From contig BAAFSQ010000081.1 in the NCBI GenBank assembly GCA_054661495.1, positions 6,651 through 38,650 on the forward strand: a stretch of 32,000 bases of DNA. Direction: 5' to 3'. The notes below the pieces were generated by a model. That model did not search any database and was not told the DNA's origin. It saw nothing but the letters and a program-made list of their open reading frames with translations. Both the position numbers and the translations under genes were made by a program. Positions 11,549-23,466 of the stretch are shown here, piece after piece (positions within the stretch are counted from its first letter, which is position 1; each line of letters begins with the position of its first letter). Source of the DNA: Zygophlyctis sp. KS116 (taxonomy: Eukaryota; Fungi; Chytridiomycota).

Positions 11549-11925
11549 TTATTGATTATCTCGTATAGCTGCCGTCCGTATTCCCAACTGAGCAACGCCG
11601 CAATTTTCCAGTTTCCCATCAGTCAATGCTAAATCACCATGCTCCATAAGTTGAAGAAAATTGAGACCTTGCTTTGAAAATATCCCCCTTACTTTTGAAA
11701 CTTGCGAATCAGATATGCCTCTTTCAGTCTTCGATTTTTCGTAAAATCCATCCATGGTACTTGCTTTCTTTGGAAATTCATCAAACGCAACCATGGCATA
11801 AAATAAGCAATCATTTCGCAGGTCACTTAATTCTTGAACAATTATGTACAACTGTCATCCTTTGAGTAAAGATGTCTAATTGGTTGTATTTTAAGACGAT
11901 CTGAGCCTTTCAGAGCCACAAAGAA
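11549..11925 (-). pseudogene. Probable relic of a small protein with a ubiquitin-like region and a SAM-like C-terminus
   Basis: ...SDRLKIQPIRHLYSKDDSC runs into a stop. A frameshift near 11850 continues IIVQELSDLRND...FYEK...LALTDGKLENCGVAQLGIRTA. No ATG-initiated intact model found. Family resemblance (SAM-like LTDxxLxxxGVxxLGxR) is from memory only. Confidence 0.45.
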
Positions 11926-11996
11926 TAGACTATTTCAAAGTTATTGTTCATGATCATATAAGCAAACGCCATTATCAATCCGAATCGAAAAGAGTT

Positions 11997-12060
11997 CTTC
12001 GGGTCGGACTTATCAGTTGGATAAATATCCGCATCTGCTCTTGGGATTTCAGATATATTC
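11997..12060 (+). repeat. Degenerate direct copy of the ArfGAP gene 3' segment 11334-11398
   Basis: Manual alignment: 56/65 identical, 8 substitutions and a 1-nt deletion. Confidence 0.85.
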
Positions 12061-12062
12061 CC

Positions 12063-12979
12063 ATGAATTATAATAATATCTGCGATACTTCGTTTATTCA
12101 TCCACAGTCACCACCAGTTCCTGCGCAACATCCAAGTCTAGACATTCATATAGAGACGCATGATCCGCGTAGAAGAACAACAAGTGGATCTTCTTCTCTT
12201 GCAAAGGCGCCAGATAGGCTTTTGTCTGGAAATATTGGTGGGATGGCTGGAGTTCCAAACCATAATGGAAAACAATTAAGCGGATTCGATCAGACAAAAG
12301 TATTGGCGCCGAGAGCGAGAGCTAAATTGGATTTGGACAAAAAAGTAATGTTGAGCGATTATTCTATCAGCTCAATTGTATTAAACAAAAATATTTCATC
12401 ATCAGAACCGATACAACATTCTAGTCTGGGAATCCAAAGACAGATTAATCACGCAAAGAATACAGAATTCAATCCAATCAGCGAAATAAGTAAATATATG
12501 GTCAGATGTCAAGAAGGCCTGAAAAATATACATAGCAAGGTCACAGCAAAGGTATATATTATTAATTGTAAATGAAAGAGTTTGAACTGTAAAAGGACAG
12601 GCGCTGATCAGTATTTTAATTTGAATCGAATTGATGGCGAGGAGAAGCAATTTGATCTTCCAAAATCTCAAATACCTGTAAATAAATTAAGGACAATACC
12701 TAGAGCTAAAAAATCTACCAGTCAATCTTGGTTGGAGGCGTTGGAGTGTAAGCCTGATATTCAATCTTTGTAAACTAGTTTTATTGGGGTTTAACATTTA
12801 GTAGCTCAAAGCCTTTAGAAGTTGATACGATTTCCCTTCCATTTCCTCAAATTCTGGACAATCCTTTTATTCCTGGAATCGGAAATCCTTGTATATCAAT
12901 ATCCTCTTTTCAAGTCAACTTTGAGGACTCTTATAGATGGACTTTGTATGAAAATATTGTAACTCCCGATGATATTTGA
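12063..12979 (+). CDS. Hypothetical protein, 3 exons, no recognised domain
   Basis: ORF segments join in frame through typical short introns 12552-12578 and 12770-12801; stop TGA 12977-12979. Confidence 0.6.
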
Positions 12980-13151
12980 ATTAGTGATAAAAATACATAT
13001 TATATTCTAATTAAGATTGACTTTGATCTATGGGTGGGGTATATATTATCCACTACTATTTTTTCATACAAGTTGAATACCACGAACTGACATCGGATCT
13101 AAATATACAAGGATGAATTGAATTTCCAATAAACTGATGATTTTTTCAGTT

Positions 13152-16046
13152 TCATTCGTCAGCTGTTTGATTTGATAATCCCGGTTCTATTGTAATTGAT
13201 GAAACTTCAACCACTGGTGGCGGTGATATGCTTGTGTTGCCAGAGATATTATATGTGCTTGTTCCAGGGTTTAGTAGAAGCTCTAATTCATTGGCGGCTT
13301 CTTCAAGCGGAATCCATTTTTCTGTTTTTGCTCGATCAATTTCCTTCATCAATTCCGGATTATCGGCACAAGACTTCCAAAATGCTTTGTTATCATTAAT
13401 ATTTCTTAAATGGATATCAATATCTTCCTTCATAAATTCACCCCATGCTTCATAGAGCGGGCGGACAATAAAATCTATAAACCCCTAGCAGATTAAGAAT
13501 ATAATTCAACACTTACAACTTGGCATTTAGGAATATCAGTAGTATCTTTATCCATGAACATGGTAACTTTCAGACCTCTCTTCTTTTCTTCCTCACCTTG
13601 GGCAAAGAATTCTCTCATTATCATGTCCGTCCACTTCCTGCTAAAGATAGATTTTTTGGTGGGATTATTGATATCTGCACATTTCATGGCCATATTTAAT
13701 AGGAGTTTTCTATCCTGCTTTGTTTCAAGATTTAGACCAGCTCCTGATAGTTTACTCTTAAATTTTCCAATCCATTCAAAATGAACAGCCATGTCGGTCG
13801 CAAGAACCATAGAGACAGTCATTTCCCGAATAATTTTACGAGATTCTGGAGCTAAATGTTCAATTATATCATAAGTATCATCCAGCATCAACTCGTATAC
13901 TGAAGCAACATGGTAATTTTCCAAAACACATGAGTCATTGTAGCGAATTGCTAGAAGAGCCCTAGTTGAAATCATATAAGCATTATTTAGACCAGGGTGC
14001 TTATAATCATGTATAATTGGCGCTATTAAAACCGCCATTTTTTCTTCTGGCCTTAATATATCCCAAATTCTTGACCTTGAAACGTAATAATGCATTGAAT
14101 GAGTAACATCTGCAGCATGCAATGCATTGTGATAAGGATTTGTAGTCAAATATCCAGTTTCAATTGCACTAAGCCATCTTCGGAATGTTAATTCATTCAT
14201 ACCGTAAAGAGTAGCATATTCATATCTGCGAAAAATATGCCAACCAATGTAGTACAAAACTTTGCCCTTGGCCATATTGTACAATTCAAAAATATCAAAC
14301 TCTGGATCATCAAGTCTTTTAGAGAGGAAATTAAATATTTCGCCGTCCTCCGGCATCAAAAGAGCTTGATCCAACATCGGGTCTTCTTTTTTATGGGTTA
14401 TTACAACAGATGAGATATTATTTGGATTCTTATCAGTAAGCATCATATCATTCAGCCAATCATGAACATCTGCATCAGCAGGCTTTTGATATAAATCCGG
14501 CACAAAAAGGTTGTGACTATCTTGAGATAGTATCCCGAGAATAAAATCGATTTCATCAGCTACTATTCGGTCAATTGTTAGATCTTCTTTGACCTGCTTT
14601 AAAATGTTTGTTGCCCGAGTTAGTGGTACTTCAAGTGAAATTTCTCCAGGCTCTTCTTCTTTTCCTTTAAGCTGTCTAATGAGAGCCTCATTGGCTTGAA
14701 CAAGTTTATTCATATATGTATCCCGTTCTAAAAGTTCTAAAGCATTTAGCTTTATAAACCATTCCAAGGACAACATAATGAGAATACAGAAAAAAGAATT
14801 GGCCAGCATAACAGCTTCACTAGAAACTGAAATTGGTAGATATAAAGGCTCCCCACAAACTTTGTAATCACAAGCAGGATCGTAAACCCGGCTCATTGAA
14901 AAAATAGCCAAAATATAGACTATAAACATTAGAGTACAATAAGCCAAGAAATGCAGCCTAAGAAATGGATGCCCACTTTGTAGAAAAATAAAACTCAAAG
15001 AAGCGAACCAAAGAACAAAAACCTCCTGATGAGACTCCCGAGATATAAAAATTATGCCCGCAAAAGGAAATAAAGAAATATATAGAGGTATTACAGATCC
15101 GATATCTATAGAATAAGCTAACCTTCCAACTTGAATAGCTATACAAGACAAGGCAAAGTAAGCAAAAGTAGCAAAAAATTGAATATGAGGAGTCCAATTT
15201 GAATACCAAGCAAAAAATAGAATGAGAAGATATGAAACATAGAGTAAAGCCAACTGTAGGAGGATAGGTCCTCTTAAAGGTTTTCCAAGATTGTTGATAT
15301 TTTTGATAAGGTTTTCTACTAGTAGAGACGCTTTAGAATTTAATGAAGAATTTGATCCCATTTCTTCATTTTCAACCGATTCAGCAATAGCAGAATTCTC
15401 TAATGATATCTTTTTTGATGATTGATTAGCTCTGTGATAATAATCCTCGGAAATAGATGTCCTTCTTGATTCGAGAGTATTAATATTTTGAATCATATCC
15501 TTCAAGTCATCCCCTGTAAGAGACATTGAAGTTTTTTTCTTTTTCTGTCTATTCTGATTACTTGTTCCTTCCGCAGAAGAATTAAGAAGCGATTTTCGTC
15601 TTTCAGAATTTGTATCCGCAGATTTAGTGGTAGATTTTGTCCAAATCTGAGGTCTATCGGACTGAGCGAGATTTGTTGCTGTTATAATTTCATTTTCTAT
15701 CATTCCAGTTGCGGAATTTATATTAGTTGTGTCTGTAATCGGCTTTTTCCCATTATCCATGGCTCCCGCCAACTGCGATAGAACCATGGTACTTTTCTTC
15801 AAGGCCCCAGAAGGATCTGATGCGCTATTATTGATTGAATTTGATAAGAATGCTGTACTCTTTTTGATTGCCGCATTACTTATTCCCAGCATACTCTTCT
15901 TTGGGCCGTCGTTAGATTTTTTAGATGATGAATCTGGACTTAAACCACCCAATACCAGGGCGCTTGCCCTCATTTTGGGCTCTTCAATCTTTAATGAATT
16001 GCCTAAACGATAAACATACTGATAAAGTACCTTTTCTTGGCTCCAT
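13152..16046 (-). CDS. Membrane-anchored class I 3',5'-cyclic nucleotide phosphodiesterase (about 6 TM + coiled coil + PDEase_I)
   Basis: YHNALHAADV, IHDYKHPG, LENYH, LATDM, KCADINNP, EFFAQG, CQVGFIDFIV (across intron 13516-13485). Six hydrophobic segments at about 14755-15270. Likely first exon MEPRK plus intron 16030-16003. Confidence 0.9.
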
Positions 16047-16206
16047 CTATAAGTTTAACACGGAACTTTGGGTAAAAATATTTCCGATTCCACATATTGC
16101 GTCATTAGTCAAGAGAAAATCAAGATCATCAGAATCATACAGTCAAACTGATGATCTTGCTGATAATAACCCCCCAATCGTCACCCTCAACTCTATTGCT
16201 GATCAA

Positions 16207-16617
16207 ATGAATTTCTCTGCAATTTTATCAGCTCTGCAAGTTCCACCAGATACTCCCGATGAAAGCTCTCTAGGACTTTATGAAATGTTGGATGTCGAAG
16301 AAGTACCGATTCAGCCACTAGAGGTCAAACAAATTGAGCCAATCAGCAAACCTGCATTGATTCCTCCGCCACTCTTTATGGGAAAAATTCCATCTGCTAT
16401 GGATGCAAAGGCTGGATCTCAAATCTCTTCACAGGTAAAATCTAATAGCTCTAGTATTATTGTTGCAGAGCCAAAAATGAGAGATTTGCATAAAGATTTG
16501 GTTACAATGGTTCCGTCTTCAGTTAGGCGGAAAGGACAGGTCCTAGAGAATCCAGCAAAAAAGGTTAAAGGTTCAAAAGAAGAGGAATTTGAGAAGTTTA
16601 TATCTCAGTTTGAGTAG
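16207..16617 (+). CDS. Small Pro-containing protein with a WBP11/Saf1-like C-terminal motif
   Basis: IVAEPKMRDLHKDLVTMVPSSVRRK and a terminal EEEFEKFISQFE resemble the WBP11 C-terminus. The ORF-track start (15925) overlaps the PDE gene, so ATG 16207 is preferred. Confidence 0.55.
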   Translation: MNFSAILSALQVPPDTPDESSLGLYEMLDVEEVPIQPLEVKQIEPISKPALIPPPLFMGKIPSAMDAKAGSQISSQVKSNSSSIIVAEPKMRDLHKDLVTMVPSSVRRKGQVLENPAKKVKGSKEEEFEKFISQFE

Positions 16618-18463
16618 ATCTTAGGCTCTTGTATACTAGCTTCTGAAATGCAACTTGTGTAGGGGCTTCATTATACCGTGGTATCATAGTGTTATCTTGC
16701 TTCAGTTTCAATTGATCGATTTGGCTGGAATTTAGAATCATTTGAATGTTATTCCAAAGTTCATGATGGTTAGTCATGCTGGAGAGTACTTGTAATTCCT
16801 TGTTATGCTTGATTACTAATGAATAAAATTCGTCATAGCTTCTGCTTGAATTTAGAAATAAATCACCATGAGATCTAATGTTAAATTAGGCTATTTACAT
16901 TATGAAATTAAATACTTTTAATATCTAAAATTAGATTCAATTTCCTTACTTTTATAATAATATCAAAACTTTTGTTTAGTAATGCGACATGATTTGAAGC
17001 AATGAATTTCACCAATAGCATCAAACCAGACCATATTTTAATCCAGTCGACATTTAAAACTTTCTTAGAATCTTTAAGAAAGTATAGGATTCTTAATAAG
17101 CAATCAACAGCTGTTAATAATAGTTCAATAGATATAGATTTTCCTAGATTAGAGCGGATCAAGACACTTAGCGATTCCAACATTACTGCAAGCATACTTT
17201 TTTGAGATGTTTCAATAGTCTAATAATTTAATGATTGGCAGAAAATAGCTGTTAAGAATAACTTACAAGATCAATTAGGCTCTTATTCAAATGATACTCT
17301 TGAGTGATTAAATAATTACGCATATAGTCATTTTGAACTAATGCATTAAAAGTCAGTACTCCAAGTTTGCTATACAATACATCCTTTGCATTTGTAAATA
17401 TTTGATAACACATTCCAATAAATTCTGAGACGGCAGTCCCAATTCTGATTCCAGAGCCTTTTGCCTTTAGAGAGAAAACTGGATTATTTTCATAATGCTT
17501 GAAAGCCAATATTTTTGTAAAGTAATCATTTGTATAAACGCAATCATAAAACAATAACATTGCGTATCTTCTTTCCTTTGATATCCCAAAATCAGATAAT
17601 TTCTTTTTTTGAGAATCATTTAGCTTATCTTCATTTATTTGGCATTCATATGCCATTCTTGCCTTCCAAAAGTTTTCCATAAAATGCGATGCCAACTTTG
17701 TACATACTCTTGAATCATTTAACAGACCCAACTTTAAATATATATAATTCTTTGTCTCGTATCTCTTATAATTCATGAGTAATGAGAGACTAATGATTGA
17801 TTGAAGACCCATTGCCGATGTAGATGGATCAATTGCAAAAGTTACAAGAGCCATGAATAGTTCGCCTCGAGCAATAAAATAATCATTGAAGATATTATCC
17901 AATGGTGAATCAACAGCCACAAGAGTCAAAAGCGACAATGCTTTTTTCCTAACAATTGCATGATCTATTGAGCTGATCTTTGATACAATAACTCTAGTAA
18001 ATCTTTCAAGAAATGCTTCTATAGAATCCCAGTCCGAGAATGCTAAAATAAAATTGGAGTTTGATTTATGAACTTTGAACAATGCTTTAAAATACATATG
18101 CATCAACTATAATTAATGGAAATTAGTTACATCTAATGCATTAGCTTCCATGATATCTTGATCCGTTTCGGTCGCGTCGAGAGCTACTGATTGAGTCAAC
18201 ACATTTACCTCTTGATAATAGCAACCTCCAAGTTGGTTGCAAAGAGAAAAACTCCAGAGTTGATTTTCTTTCTGCAAGATCCATGAAGCCTTTAGCATCC
18301 ACAGGTGCGCTAAATAATTTAATCCAGAATTCGTTATGCTCCTCGTACAAATCCAGTCCCTGAATCTAAGTCGACAGTTACCTACCTCAAACAAACGATG
18401 ATAAAGCGGAAGAGCCGGTTGGCTGCATGCATTCATTGTTGACAGAAGAGAATCGGCAAACAT
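16598..18463 (-). CDS. ARMH3/C10orf76 (UPF0668, DUF1741)-like armadillo-helical protein; 7 exons
   Basis: LYHRLFEG...EFWIKLF, LLMNYKRYETKNYI, LNVDWIKIWSGLMLLVKFI, ILKVFNFIISHGDLFL...SYDEF, PRYNEAP. Six introns of about 22-47 nt restore the frame. Confidence 0.72.
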
Positions 18464-18475
18464 TTTTATTGGCGA

Positions 18476-21020
<2,545 letters not shown>

Positions 21021-21118
21021 TTCTTCCGAAGCGATTACGTCGTTTAAAAAATCGTGTAATATCAAATCTTTTATTTCATCATACTTCATACTTAATAAAT
21101 GTAGATAGATTAGATGAA

Positions 21119-21382
21119 TTAAATCAAGATGATTTCAACATGATCATGTACACCCTGCAACAACAATTCCGATTCGTAATTTAGTATTTTCCGTTTTTTA
21201 GCAGCTTTTAGTGTCCCAACAAGAGCTTCTACTAAATCATAAGTACAATAAAACTTACAAATATTTGCAACTTGATCATCTCTTACTAGAATTCCAAAAG
21301 AAACTGTTACTTTTCCATTTTTTACAGTTCCAAGTCTTTTTATTTCTTGAACAAGTTTAGAAATTTCATTGTCCACATGCAT
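21119..21382 (-). CDS. ABRACL: Costars/ABRACL actin-regulatory protein
   Basis: MHVDNEISKLVQEIKRLG...VSFGILVRDD..ANI[27-nt intron 21258-21232]LEALVGTLKAAKKRK...ELLLQGVHDHVEI. Confidence 0.92.
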   Translation of the reverse strand: MHVDNEISKLVQEIKRLGTVKNGKVTVSFGILVRDDQVANICKFYCTYDLVEALVGTLKAAKKRKILNYESELLLQGVHDHVEIILI

Positions 21383-21493
21383 TTGATCTTATCAGTTGAG
21401 TAGTGTGCTCTTTACAAGGAGTAGGAGTGTGTCATTAGTAGGAGTGACTGGTGTTCAAGGCGCAGGGGAAAAGAAAGAAAAAGTGGCTGATGG

Positions 21494-21644
21494 TCTAGGA
21501 GAATCTTTTGAGTTTCAAAAAAGTTTTGTCAATTGTCCTTTAAGACTTCCATTCTTTCAGGACGCTGAAAACTTTTAAGAGTAAACTAGAGGGTCATTAA
21601 GCGCGGTCGTTAAAGATCAAGTATTTTTGGGGTCCGGCACTCTC
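21494..21644. ncRNA. Candidate structured RNA or cis-element (long nested hairpin followed by an Sm-like ATTTTTGG between two small stems)
   Basis: Nested complementary blocks: 21494-98/21586-90, 21504-07/21577-80, 21519-27/21568-76, 21535-39/21559-63, 21542-45/21553-56. No family recognised. Confidence 0.35.
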
Positions 21645-21651
21645 TTACATT

Positions 21652-22107
21652 TTAGTACTTTGAAATTACATTTTTATCTTGAATTTCCTTTAATAAATCT
21701 TGTTGATTTTTAGTTAAATTTTGAATCTTTTCTTGAATAGAGTCTAGATCTTTTTCTAGATTTGAAATCTTTTCATTGACATCTTCAGACTTTGATTTTG
21801 CAGAGAGTCTAGTTCTAACTCCTTCTGCAATGACAACACTTCCTGCAACTACAAATAAAAAGAATTCAGAAAGAAAGTCTGCACCAGATTCTACAGCTCT
21901 AGATTCTGACAATGGTTTATGAATGGCTTTAGAGTCATAATCTAAAAACTTTAGTTTAAGTGAATGTTCTAGTGAATGTGTTTTTTGCGCAATTGAAATA
22001 CAAAACTTTTGTAAAGAGGGATGGGTAGTTGCAGATCTTTTTAGAGATTTAGCGATTGGTTTTGAGAGTGTTTTTATTAATAGTCCAATGATCTTTACTG
22101 AAGCCAT
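21652..22107 (-). CDS. OPA3: OPA3 family mitochondrial protein
   Basis: KIIGLLIKTLSKPIAKSLK, KPLSESRAVESGADFLSEFFLFVVAG, C-terminal coiled coil. Confidence 0.92.
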   Translation of the reverse strand: MASVKIIGLLIKTLSKPIAKSLKRSATTHPSLQKFCISIAQKTHSLEHSLKLKFLDYDSKAIHKPLSESRAVESGADFLSEFFLFVVAGSVVIAEGVRTRLSAKSKSEDVNEKISNLEKDLDSIQEKIQNLTKNQQDLLKEIQDKNVISKY

Positions 22108-22258
22108 TTACACAATTGAACCCTTTTAGATATTATGTCTAATAGTTTCTTTTTAGTAATAAATTTAATAATAGATTTATCTTGCGTCATTCTATCCATC
22201 TGTCCCATCCAGGACTGAGCTGTCCCACTGTCCATTTAATAATATTCCATCTTAAGAA

Positions 22259-23175
22259 ATGAGATTAATAATACTACTTCAACTCATCAAACTCATTCTA
22301 GCAAAGATTGAATTCTTTACGCCGTTTGGAATGTCAAAGACTAAAAGTATTGAATATGAAATTGGAGAGTCTTCTACAAATTCTGGATCAGGACAAACTA
22401 TTCTATATTTAAAGAGAGGAGGAGTTATGAGAGGTCCAGTTAATGTTTATTTAGTTTTCTATGGACAGAATTGGACACCATCAAGAACATTTAAAATTCA
22501 GAATTTTGTAAAGAATATGCATTCTTCATCATACTTTTCAATTATTAAAAACTATAAAGATGAAGTTGGGAATATTACTGGACCATTAATCTTAAAACAA
22601 AGTATTTGGCAAAGTTATGAATATGGATTAAATTTGGATATGTCCGGAATTATTAAGAATCTCCACAATTTGTATCCAAGAGTAGATCCACAGGGAATTT
22701 ATGCTATTTTATCTGATAATCAGACTTCTATTAGTGTATCTGCACAAATTGAACTTTGTAAGGCTTTTTGTGGATTTCATACAATTGTTGGTCAAAGAAA
22801 AGTAAATTAATAATTTTAATATTATAGATTGTAGTCGTTGGGGATGCATCTATTTGTGGTCAATGTTCACCATTCAGAGATTCTCCAAGTTTAGATAAAA
22901 AAGCAGATGCAATTACTAATATTCTAGCACATGAGATTATTGAAACTCTCTCTAATCCGGACACTTCAAATCCATCATACTTGAATGCAAATAATGAAGA
23001 GGTATTTAATCTCTTTTTTAAAAATTAGAATGCAGATATTTGTAATTTTAATATGGGAAAATCAAATCCTGTAGATGCAAGAGGAAATCGTTATAATGTT
23101 ATCGTTGGACATTTGAAATACTATGTACAATCTTATTGGAGTTTATTGTCAAGTGGATGTTCTATGATGGATTAA
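22259..23175 (+). CDS. Secreted Phi-1/EXORDIUM-like protein; 3 exons
   Basis: Signal peptide; GGVMRGPVNVYLVFYG, FCGFH, ADAITNILAHEIIETLSNP, ENADIC, YNVIVG..KYYVQSYW. Introns 22802-22827 and 23002-23028. Confidence 0.8.
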
Positions 23176-23237
23176 TCAGTTTTTGTATTATAAACAATAA
23201 ATTTAAGTTCAACCAGTAAGACTACTAGAAGCGTTAG

Positions 23238-23309
23238 TATGCATCAGAATATCAACAGATTGTAATCATTTTTCATGTGAAACACGGATAAGAATTCATC
23301 ATTTGCATA
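23238..23309 (-). ncRNA. Box C/D snoRNA U18 (snR18/SNORD18)-like
   Basis: Terminal stem UAUGCA/UGCAUA, box C AUGAUGA (23302-23296), guide UCCGUGUUUCA complementary to LSU rRNA UGAAACACGGA, C'-like AUGAUUA, box D CUGA (23247-23244). Confidence 0.85.
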
Positions 23310-23376
23310 ATCTCATTTCAAAAAAAAACAATTTGGTACAATATAAAAAATCTACAGAGTTAGTGATTATGAGAAA

Positions 23377-23466
23377 CTGATCAGATAGTTTGGTAAGTTT
23401 GTACAGTATCAGCACTTTAGATCAGAAGCAGAACTGGCATGTTTTGTACAGTTATCATCACTTCAG
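23377..23466 (-). ncRNA. Box C/D snoRNA snR61 (U38/SNORD38)-like
   Basis: Box C GUGAUGA (23461-23455). 13-nt guide GCCAGUUCUGCUU before D' CUGA (23425-23422), complementary to LSU AAGCAGAACUGGC; the D+5 rule gives the A equivalent to yeast Am1133. C' GUGCUGA, box D 23384-23381, stem CUGA/UCAG. Confidence 0.9.

Noticed and set aside
14755-15270. PDE membrane region as a rhodopsin (Rh-PDE)
   Set aside because: Only about six helices, and no DxxxK retinal-binding motif in the last helix.
16148-16202. TGATGA...CTGA boxes upstream of the WBP11-like ORF
   Set aside because: No convincing terminal stem or rRNA-complementary guide recognised.
17249-17266. Possible 18-nt intron GTAAGTTATTCTTAACAG in the ARMH3-like gene
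   Set aside because: That acceptor leads to a stop after six codons; the 47-nt intron to 17220 restores the frame. It could at most be an unproductive alternative site.
21383-21630. Short matches to U2 (AAGATCAAGT, TCTTATCAGTT), U4 (TGAAAACTTTT) and U5 loop-like (GCTCTTTAC) sequences
   Set aside because: Wrong order or missing essential elements (U2 GUAGUA, U4 stem I, U5 stem), so no snRNA identity is claimed.
23398-23466. Imperfect direct repeat TTTGTACAGT(T)ATCA(G/T)CACTT with about 45-nt period, superficially CRISPR- or minisatellite-like
   Set aside because: Only two units, and they correspond to the box C and C' halves of the snR61-like snoRNA; eukaryotic context with no cas genes.
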